Notes under the pieces: model-generated
What the model saw: the letters and a program-made list of their open reading frames with translations, nothing else
The model's database searches: none
Told to the model about the DNA's origin: nothing
Translations under genes and position numbers: made by a program
DNA from: Anthoceros angustus
Taxonomy: Eukaryota; Plantae; Anthocerotophyta
Length of the DNA: 64,000 nucleotides
Assembly: GCA_010909165.1 (NCBI GenBank)
Contig: MU008176.1
Coordinates: 674,856-738,855, forward strand
Reading direction: 5' to 3'
Part shown: positions 13,501 through 23,769 of the stretch, one piece after another
Layout: each line of letters starts with the position of its first letter
Position numbering within the stretch: the stretch's first letter is position 1

Positions 13501-16017
13501 ATGAGGTTGGTTGTCGCGACTCGATTTAACGGCAAGTGATGCCGGCAAAGTGTGCACAAGTGCACACTTTGACATGTGACGCCGCAAAGTGCACACGACA
13601 TAATATTTGAAGCGGTGAATATACACCAAGCGGCTCGAGGGTATTTAAACTCGGGAAGGGTGTTTTTGATGGTTGTGAATACACCTTTTGGGATGTAATT
13701 GCCAAATTGCAAAAAGGTTTAACTCATAGTCATGGCATCTTCCTTTCCACTGCACCACTAGTAGAACGGTGGTACCGTTTCGCAGCATGCGACTTACGAG
13801 GAATAATACCCATGTGGCTCCCCATCCTTGCGGGTGCAAAATACTTGCCTGTGATTTTCGTGCCATTCATTCCAATCATTGAAACAAGAGAGCGATGACC
13901 GTGTTTGAAATCATATTCTCGAACTAAGGAGTGCCATCCGCCCGGTCTTTGAAATAATGTTGTAGCAACGTGAACCGTTGTAGTGGCATGGGCCGGCATG
14001 CGCCATCGTCAACCGGAATGCCGGCCGACCCGGTGGAGTTGGATCAAGTTTACATCAACATTGATAGCGTCATTATTGGATCATGATTACGACATGCTGG
14101 TGGATTGTGAAACGATCAATGCTCACCAACGCCTAAATCGTCATATCTGATGGGGGTTTTCACTAGTGAAAGGCAACCATACATGTCGGGATGGTATTGC
14201 GGACGGAGCATGTCCACAATAGAAGGCGAGGTTTGGAAGGAACTCAATGCCGCATGATGTCACACGTTGTCTTAACAAAGCAGTTTCAAGAGAAAGTAAT
14301 ATATTGTCGGCATGTTATCATGAAACTATAATCCGATCGCATGTTATCATGAAACTAGGTGCGGAGTTGTTCCACACTTATTCCCAAACAAACAAGCATG
14401 ATCCTGGCGGAATGTGCCAATACCCAAGTGACGTGGGAATGGTCGAGGAAGTCGATGATTACTGTTAAAATGGAGTAATGGGGGCATTGAGAGCGCTGCG
14501 CCATTTGGGCAATATCATACATCACGAGTAACGCACAACGTAACCAATGGGACATGAAAATTGCTCCACACCGCCGAGGTTGTGGTCGAAAATGTTGTGA
14601 TTATGGGGGCGCAGTGCACATACGGTCCCGCCGACAGAAATGACCACCACCGGGCCTTTGCAAAACAAGCTTTTTCAAAATGGGCCTCAATGCGCATACC
14701 GGACTCATGGCCCGCGCCACCCGAGAGGAAGCCATTGCCTTCAAAGATGGAACGGCGGTGGACAACGTTCTAAGGTGGAGAGTATGGCGGTGAGGCTTGC
14801 CGGCGAGTCGCGTATGGGCGCCGCGAACACCACGCGGCGCGCCGACGGCCGACGACGATGGACCGATCGGGGGAGGATGGGGGCAACCGGCCTCGGTGTC
14901 GCCATCCATCCGCACCGGGTCTTCATTCGACATCGGCGACCAAGAAGCGGCCTCATCAAGACGGCCGGTGGTAAGAGGCGAGGGCTAGATGGTCGAACAG
15001 GAGTTGATTTTGACGACGCCGAGATCTCGAACCTCCCACCCGACGGATGCGGAGTTGGAGCATTGCGTGCAAGAATTGAACGACATAGAGGAGGAGCTAT
15101 TTACGTCGGATGAGGTTGGTTGTCGCGGACTCGATTTAACGGCAAGTGATGCCGGCAAAGTGCATTGCGCACACTTTGCCGCAAGTGACGCCGCAAAGTG
15201 TGCACACGTAATAAAGATAATATTTGAAGCACCAATATACACCAAGCGGCTCGAGGGTATTTAAAACCGAAGGGTGTTTTTGATGGTTGCTCAATACCCT
15301 TTGGATGTAATTGCCAAATTGAAAAACGGGTTTAACTCATAGTCATGGCATCTTCCTTTCCACCAGACCACTAGTAGAACGGTGGTACCGTTTTCGCAGC
15401 ATGCGACTTACGAGGAATAATACCCATGTGGGCTCCCCATCCTTGCGGGTGCAAAATACTTGCCTCCGTGATTTTCTGGTGCCATTCATTCCAATCATTG
15501 TGAAACAGTAGCGGCGATGACTGTGTTTGAAATCATATTCCTGGAACTAAGGAGTGCCATCTGCCCGGTCTTTGAAATAATGTTGTAACGCGTGAACGCC
15601 GTGGTGGCATGGGCGCCGCATGCCGCGCCTACGCCCAACCTAATGCCTACCACCGTGGAGTTGGATCAAGTACATCAACATTGATAGCCATTATTGGATC
15701 ATGACGACATGCACTGGTGGATTGTGAAACAAGAAATCAATGCTCACCAACGCCTAAATGCGCATATATGCAAGGGTTTTCACTAGTGAAAGGCAACCAT
15801 ACATGCCGGATGGTACTGCTCGACAAGCATGTCCACAATAGAGAAGGCGAGGTTTGGAAGGAACTCAATGCCGGCATGATGTCACACGCTTGTCTTAACA
15901 AAACAGATTTCAAGAGAAAGTAATATATTGTCGCGGCATGTTATCATGAAACTATAATCCAGTCGCGGCATGTTATCATGATCGTAGGTGCGGAGTTCTT
16001 CCACACTTATTCCCAAA
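10600..16017. repeat. ~1.2 kb unit in three copies (~10600-11835, ~12790-13935, ~14385-15560), plus a ~0.45 kb segment in two copies (~13940-14385, ~15565-16017)
   Basis: GGCGGAATGTGCCAATACCCAAGTG, ACCAAGCGGCTCGAGGGTATTTAAA and CACTAGTAGAACGGTGGTACC each occur three times. CCCGGTCTTTGAAATAATGTTGTA...CCACACTTATTCCCAAAC occurs twice. Confidence 0.88.
11841..12640 (+). pseudogene. Second partial copy of the CACTA transposase C-terminal region (DUF4218/DUF4216)
   Basis: TTTGATATATCAACCCACCTCATAATACATTTAGTGGACGAGG repeated from 9625; 12050-12640 parallels 9830-10440 with indels. Confidence 0.85.
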
Positions 16018-16033
16018 CCCAAAACTAATGACA

Positions 16034-19000
16034 TTACTCCTCGCCTGAATCGAGACCCTCACCCCCTCCTTCAATGACGTCATTACCATCATTGTCACTC
16101 TCCATCGCCTCATTGGAAGTGCATGGCTGGAGGTGCATTCGGAGAGCACTCAGCTTTTCCTTTATAGCTTTTTTATCCGCTGCGTACAGATGTTTCCTGG
16201 AAGTTAGTTTAAAACCATAGTATACTATAACGGTTTTCTGCACAAACAACTTTTGGATGTTTGGAGGTCTTTGCTCTTTCCCTGCTTTTCTTTTCGCAGG
16301 TGGCTCTCTGTCCATTTCACTCCTCAGTAAATACTCCCCAACATATTTGCCCTCGTAAGCATCGGTGTGGTCCGTTCGCCACCAGTGCACAAGTATATAG
16401 GGTTCGGGTGCCGCGAGATGGACATTAACAACCTTCGCTACCCAGAACGCCCTGTTATGTGTGTCGCCTTCACACGGCGTCACAATGAACATTCCTTTCT
16501 CTATCTCCAGGATATTGCCATTCATCCTCTCCATTTCCTCCTCCTGGCGTTCGATACTTTGATAGGCCCCCAGGTACATGGCCCTTTGTGGTATTTCGCA
16601 ACAAAGCCTCATCCAATCTTCATTAGATCTGCATTGGAGGAACGTGTGCCTCGTACCATCTCCGGGGTTATGGGACAAGTCCAATGTTATGGTCTACTAT
16701 ATTTGCGATTTCAACTTGATCATTCCAATCGTCCACCATTCTTCCTCCGCAGAGTCAAATAAGTTGGTAGCTTTATCAATCCTTTCTTCAAGTGATCCAC
16801 GCCTTCACGTGCGTTAAGACCGCCTCACTTCCCTTTTGTCTTTTGCCCGTAGTGCCATCAAAGTCGGGCCGATGGGCCTCGAACATGAGACAAAACTCCA
16901 GCCCATCTTGATTCCCACAATGGCGAGGTAGAGTGCCTTCGAATGCATTACCTTTCCGCCGACTTTGTCTTCCGTGTGATTTTGAACGGTGTTGAAATGA
17001 TAGGTTGTTCAACTTCCGCACTGTGTGTATTTCCGGTCAATCCTGCTCCTATAGGCCACACGAATGACCAAGTCGGCAACCTCATCAACACAATTACCTC
17101 GGATTTGGCGTGAATGACTCTCAAAATTTCTTGCATTGTAGGCGGGGACCGCCTCTTTATGCTTTAAATGCTTGGAGAAACAAGAGAACATTTGATCTAC
17201 TCCGGTCGTGTATGCCCGACAAGAAGGAAACCAACCTTCACTTTCTCAAACGTCCCGAGTTCCACAAGCATGTTCAAATACGCAAATAAAAGCTGGTTCT
17301 TGTTCTCCCTACATGTGTTGTCCAATGTAGATATAACACCTTGGGAAGTAATCCTGCATAGGTATGTATAACATCTGGATAATGGTTATTGTCGTTTGCA
17401 TCATTTGCTAAATTTGCATAATGCAGATAGGTTGAATGTGTAGTTATGTATCATGCAGCCCACCACATGTCTGTGATTCGACTCTCCTCTTTCAAGTCCT
17501 TGGGCCACCTCAAAATATGTGGGAGTGAAGTTTTCTTGGTCCATACCGTCGATTGATAACAACATATATTTATGAGGCTCCTTGTAAGATTTTGAGCGAT
17601 GCTTGGTCAACTTCTTCCTTTCCTCCATCAATCGTATCGATGCTTGTTCGATGCCTCTTGGTACAAGGTCGCGCATCGAACAATACGGTCGAGATATGGC
17701 CAACCATGAAATATACCAAAAGAAGCTATCGATGATTGGACCCAATCGAATGTTATATGCCATCTGCTGTTGCACAAAATCAAAGTAAATGACATTGAAT
17801 AGAGATCAATAACGGCGGCATATATACTAAACATGGGCGGCGGCAACCCGGCGTTCATGCGTAGTCGCATGCCGGCACTTATCGCTTCCACCGCTGGCAC
17901 CATACCACATGGGAGGCGACGGAATGTGCCGGCGGGGTGACGGCGAATCACGAACAGGCCATTGCATGTGCGATAAGCGGCATGCCGGCATGCTTCAAGA
18001 TGGCGCATGGCGCCGCATGCGCCATGCCCCTCTTCATGCAGGGGCGCGGCATGCGGCGCCACTGTACATTGGGGCCGGCATGGCGGCGACCCTCGCCTTA
18101 CTTTAGAGCCCGGCCGCTAAGAATGTGAGCATGTGCGAGGCATGCCGCCGCCGCCTTGCTTGTGGCCTCGGGCGCATGGCGCCGGCATGCGGCGCCGCAT
18201 GCCGGCATGCCGAGTTAGCGCCTCATGCCGCCTCTATGCCACGAAGATGGCGCATGGGCGCGGCATGCGGCGCCCATATGCCCGACCAGTGCAGGCGGGC
18301 GCGGCATGGCGCCCTCGCCATCGAGGCGCATGGGCGGCATGCGCCATGCGCCTTGAAGCATGGAGCACCTCGCGTCACAAGCCCATGCGCCATACGGTGG
18401 AGCATCACGGTTCATGTTGCTGTGCCCATCCGGCTGCAGACCATCTCCGCGGCATCTCGCCGCCATTCGCCATCGAAGAGGGCGCATGCGCCGCGCCATG
18501 CGCCTTGAAGCATGGAGCACCTCGCAGCCATGCCGCGCCATGCGCCATACCGGAGCATCACGGTTCATGTTGCTGTGCCCATCCGGCTGCAGACCATCTC
18601 CGCGGCATCTCGCCGCCATTGCGCCATGCAGTCCATCCCACAAACTCCATCTTTTCCGTGCATTTCAACAACTCGGAAAACCAATTACGGAGGAGGGGCC
18701 TACCTTGGTCACTTCCGACATCGGTGCCCGTATGTTGCACTTCAACCCGCGCTAATGAACAAGTTGAGAACTTGGACTTTGGTATCTTAACACGCTTGAA
18801 ATTCGAGCCCACAACCGCAAGAAGTATGCATATGAAACAAAACGTAGTCCTTTCGCTCCATTCCAATCTTGTCTTGTCCACAACTCGAGTCGTGAAAGTG
18901 TCTGGTAGGTTATATACCTCCACATTCGGCAACCGCTCTGCTAAGTGGAGGAAAGTGGAGTCCATCCAGGCAATTGCACCCAAAGCATGGGAGGATTGCA

Positions 19001-19316
19001 CACGAGGGCTAGCCTTGTTCGCATCCCAAGGTGCATCTACAAGGACCCTATGCTTCAACTCCTCGTACCTTGCCGATCCTATGCAGTATACTCGTCTGAA
19101 GGCCTTTAAACAGCATTGCATTGGAACCTGTCCCATGAGGTGAGTATAAACCTTGTCTCTTGTTTTGGCCTGGAAATTAGGACGCACAAGAGACTGCAGA
19201 AAGGTCTCCTGCTCCGGCCGCCCCATCCTCAAGAACCTGTACCGTTGCTCTTGGAAAGCTTCTTTCGTAAACTTGGGGATGCATAGTTTGTTGCAACAAG
19301 GTTTGGAAATCTTCAC
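16034..19316 (-). pseudogene. Sola-like (DUF7869-type) DDD transposase, frameshifted, probably with an intron or insert at ~17.8-18.7 kb
   Basis: Minus strand in order: CCNKLC...CLKAFRRVYCIG...AIAW...LP...VKIPKSKFSTC (ORF 18558-19316), KYMLLSIDGMDQ (17536-17553), LPKVLYL/LDNTCRENKN (17296-17325), FLLVGHT..DQMFS (17220 down to ~17180), then C-terminal ORF 16034-16684. Family name is from motif recall, not a database search. Confidence 0.8.
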
Positions 19317-19569
19317 CTGATATCTCGCTCTTCTTAAGCGAAACGCCGCCGCCGCTTGAACACAAAACCCGCATCAGCTAGGTTGTAATGTCTCAAAATA
19401 GGCTTGGGATGGTATGTGATGGCATTGCCACCCACTCCACCTCGTAATTCGGTGGAGGTGTCTGAAATACATCCCGTCCTCTCCATTGGGAGCTCCCCAT
19501 GTCCACCGCCGGCCACGGGTTGAACAATCCCAGGCTGCGGCGCATGTTCCTTCTTATGCCACGGCGATC

Positions 19570-21490
19570 CTCCTCTTTCAAGTCCTTGGGCCACCTCAAA
19601 ATATGTGGGAGTGAAGTTTTCTTGGTCCATACCGTCGATTGATAACAACATATATTTATGAGGCTCCTTGTAAGATTTTGAGCGATGCTTGGTCAACTTC
19701 TTCCTTTCCTCCATCAATCGATACGATGCTTGTTCGGCCTCTTGGTACAAGCTCGCATCGAACAATACGGTCGAGATATGGCCAACCATGAAATATACCA
19801 AAAGAAGCTATCGATGATTGGACCCAATCGAATGTTATATGTCACAATCGCTGTACAAAATCAAAGTAAATGACATTGAATAGAGATCAATAACGGCGTC
19901 GGCATATATACTAAACATGGGCGGCGGCAACCCGGCGTTCATGCGTAGTGCGCATGCCGGCACTTATGCGGCTTGCTTTTCCGCCGCCTGGCACCATACC
20001 ACATGGGAGATACCGAATGTGCCGACAGTGAGATAATCACAAAGAACACGGCCGTGTTGTTGGGCCGATAAGGCGGCATGCTTCAGTATGGCACGTGGGC
20101 GACGGCATGCCGCGCCATGCCCTCTTCATGCAGGGGCGCGGCATGCCGGCATGCGCCATACTGTGACATTGTGGGGCCGGCATGGCGACCCTCGCCTTAC
20201 TTTAGAGCCCGCTAAGAATGTGAGCGCGAGGCATGCCATCGCCTTGCTTGTGGCGCCCTCGGGCGCATGGCGCCGCATGCCGCGCCCACGCAAGCATGCC
20301 GAGTTAGCGCCTCATGCCGCCGCCTCTATGCCACGAAGATGGCGCATGGGCGCATGCGCCATGCCCGACCAGTGCAGGCGGGCGCGCATGACGACGCCCA
20401 TTCGCCATCGAAGAGGGCGCATGCGCCGCGCCATGCGCCTTGAAGCATGGAGCACCTCGCAGCCATGCCGCGCCATGCGCCATACCGGAGCATCACGGTT
20501 CATGTTGCTGTGCCCATCCGGCTGCAGACCATCTCCGCGGCATCTCGCCGCCATTGCGCCATGCAGTCCATCCCACAAACTCCATCTTTTCCGTACTCAG
20601 CCGTTTCAACAACTCGGAAAACCAATTACGGAGGAGGGGCCTACCTTGGTCACTTCCGACATCGGTGCCCGTATGTTGCACTTCAACCTCAGATAATGAA
20701 CAAGTTGAGAACTTGGACTTTGGTATCTTAACACGCTTGAAATTCTGAGCCCACAACCGCAAGAAGTATGCATATGAAACAAACCGTAGTCCTTTGCTCC
20801 ATTCCAATCTTGTACTGTGTCCACAACTCGAGTCGCGTGAAAGTGTCTGGTAGGTTATATACCTCCACATTCGCAACCGCCTGCTAAGTGGAGGAAAGTG
20901 GAGTCCATCCAGGCAATTGCACCCAAAGCATGGGAGGATTGCACACGAGGGCTAGCCTTGTTCGCATCCCAAGGTGCATCTACAAGGACCCTATGCTTCA
21001 ACTCGTACCTTGCCGATCCTATGCAAGATACTCTCAAGGCCTTTAAACAAAGATTGCATTGGAACTGTCCCATGAGGTGAGTATAAACCTTGTCTCTTGT
21101 TTTGGCCTCGGAAATTAGGACGCACAAGAGACTGCAGAAGGTCTCCTGCTCCGGCCGCCCCATCCTCAAGAACTCACTGCTGTTTTGGAAAGCTTCGTAA
21201 ACTTGGGGATGCATAGTTTGTTGCAACAAGGTTTGGAAATCTTCCGCAGATCTCCTCGCTCTTCTTAAGCGAAACGCCGCCGCTTGAACACAAAACCCGC
21301 ATCGCTAGGTTGTAGTGTCTCGCAAATAGGCTTGGGATGGTATGTGATGGCATTGCCACCCACTCCTCGTAATTCGTGGAGGTGTCTCAAAATACATCCC
21401 GCCCTCTCCATTGGGAGCTCCCCATGTCCACCGCCGGTCACAGGGTTGAACAATCCTTCGGCCGCATCTGTTCCTTCTTGTCTGCTACGG
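19570..21490 (-). pseudogene. Tandem partial copy (~2 kb) of the Sola-like transposase (N-terminal region, GC-rich insert, IDGMDQ exon)
   Basis: ORF 19334-19801 repeats EERKKLTKHRSKSYKEPHKYMLLSIDGMDQ; 20700-21300 repeats 18760-19370 with indels. Confidence 0.85.
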
Positions 21491-21639
21491 GCGATCCTCC
21501 TCGCACCATGACTTTTTTGCATGGCTGAGTACATGTTCAAGTTCCTTGAAGTTGGGGGTACATATTGGGGCATACGGGAATGCTGGTGAGTCCTTCGCCA
21601 CCAGGACCTACACCAAGCACAACATAGCATTACGGATCG

Positions 21640-23760
21640 GAACACATGACACCACATTGACCGACAAATTAGCAGAGAACTTCGCAAAGATGTGACAACA
21701 ATGAATGTGAATCCCTACTCGATGGCGCGCATGCCGGCATGCTTCAAGATGGCACTGCCCATTCCGGTCGTGGGTGCCGGTAGTGCTTGCCTCTCTTCGA
21801 GTGGAATCAAGTACTCTCATGAACTCGGAAGCATCATCTCCTTCCCGCACTTCATCTCCGGAGCAGGACTCAACATGTTCACAGAATGCCAATTGAACGC
21901 AAGCTAGGCGGCGAGATAATGCTCACCAAGCAGCTGAACAAAAGCATTACCTCGGCCGCCTCTTCAGAGTGCGTGGCCTGCAGCATGGTTGCGATGTTGT
22001 AGCTCGAAGGCTGCCGCCGGCTCCAATCGTCCTCCACAGGACTCCACTGAGCTTCGGCTCTTTGTTCATCCCCGTCATCAAAAGAGTCGGAAGGTCGTTA
22101 AAATAGGAAATGAGTGATTTGAGAATCCTACACAGATACGCTACAGCCAATGTGCTCTTGCCAGAACTAATGACGGCCGCAAAAAAGCAATGCCGCATGG
22201 TACGTCAGGACCGCTTCATTTATTCAAAACGACGGCTGGATCATTAGGGTGACTCGGGCGTGATGAACGCGGGCTTCTTAAGGTGCAGTTCCCGATTAGG
22301 GTTTAATGAGAGCCGCACAGCTGTCCTCCTCAGTTTCCAAGCCCGAGTTACAGGAATACGCACCGGCAGACAACGGGCGTAACGGAGGCTGTCGCGTGGA
22401 ACATTTGGTGTTTGAGGCTGGCGTATGCGGCTGGAATTCTCGCGTGGACGCCATCGCCGCAAGCTCCCCAACGTTTTCTCGGACGTGCTCATTGACGGAG
22501 AGGTGTCTTTCTTCCCAAAGTGGATTTGGTCCTCAAGTTCTGGATTTGATGATGCTTGTTGGGCGCAGGACATGGCGAGGAGGAGGAACAAAAGGACTGC
22601 CGGACATTGGACCGCCACATGGTGCCCCTCGAGAAGCCCAAGGCGTAAGAAAGGAAAGAAAGCAGAAGGATGGTTGCGTAGAAGATCCACAGTTGGTGCG
22701 GCTCTGTGGGAGCCAATCATTACGGACGAACACATGACACCACATTGACCGACAAATTAGCAAAGAACTTCGCAAAGATGTGACAACAATGAATGCGAAT
22801 CCCTACTCGGGTCATGAAGGAAGATGAAACAGCCCGCCCATTCCGGTCGTGGGTGCCACTGCTAGCCTCTCTTCGAGTGGAATCAAGTACTCTCATGAAC
22901 TCGGAAGCATCATCTCCTTCCCGCACTTCATCTCCGAACAGACTCAACATGTTCTTTTTGTGAATGCCAATTGAACGCAAGCTAGGCGATGATAATGCTC
23001 ACCAAGCAAAAAGCATTACCTCGGCCGCCTCTTGAGTGCGTGGCCTGCAAGATGCATGGTTGCGATGTTGTTGGGCGCCCGCCACGGCCCAATCGCCTCC
23101 ACAGGACTCCAATGAGCTCTTTGTTCATCCCCGCCATCAAAAGAGTCAAGGTCGTTAAAATAGGAAATGAGTGATTTGAGAATCCTACACGATACGCTTA
23201 CGCCAATGTGCTCTTGCGGAACTAATGACGGCCGCAAAAAGCAATGCCGCATGGTACGCCAGACGCTTCATTTATTCAAAACGACTACCGGATCATTAGG
23301 GTGACTCGCGTGATGAACGCGGGTTTCTTAAGGTCGCCCCAATTAGGGTTTAATGAGAGCCGCATACCGCCCTCCTCGCCCCAAGCCCGAGTTACGTGAA
23401 TACGCACCGCGCATAACAGAAGAGGCTCGGTCCGCGTGGAACATTTGGTGTTTGAGGCACAACGGCGATCGAATTCTCGCGAGGACGCCATCGCCGCAAG
23501 CTCCCCAACGCTTTCTGGACGTGCTCATCGACGGAGGTGTCTTTCTTCCCAAAGTGGATTTGGTCCTCAAGTTCTGGATTTGATGATGCTTGTTGGGCGC
23601 AGGACATGGCGAGCGGGCCAAAAAGGACTGCGGACATTGGACCGCCACATGGTGCCCCATCGAGAAGCCCAAGGCGTAAGAAAGGAAAGAAAGCAGAAGG
23701 ATGCGTTGTCAGAAGATCCACCCGATGATTGCGGTCTGGCTGTGGGAGCCAATCATTGCA
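21640..23760. repeat. ~1.09 kb tandem duplication of an unidentified TE-like segment
   Basis: AACACATGACACCACATTGACCGACAAATTAGCA at ~21641 and ~22729; CCCAAAGTGGATTTGGTCCTCAAGTTCTGGATTTGATG at ~22514 and ~23548. Confidence 0.85.
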
Positions 23761-23769
23761 ACCGGAGGA

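Larger units (their letters stand above)
309..16017 (+). mobile_element. Degenerate, internally duplicated CACTA (En/Spm) transposon region; termini not identified
   Basis: Motif-rich subterminal-like region at 0.3-3.4 kb, transposase remnants at 7.5-10.45 kb and 11.84-12.64 kb, and downstream ORF-like repeats to 16.0 kb. No paired CACTA...TAGTG TIRs found, so the boundaries are approximate. Confidence 0.65.

Noticed and set aside
22296-22304. TTAGGGTTT telomere-like motifs (also ~23344, ~34808)
   Set aside because: Isolated single units, not arrays; expected by chance or as telo-boxes.
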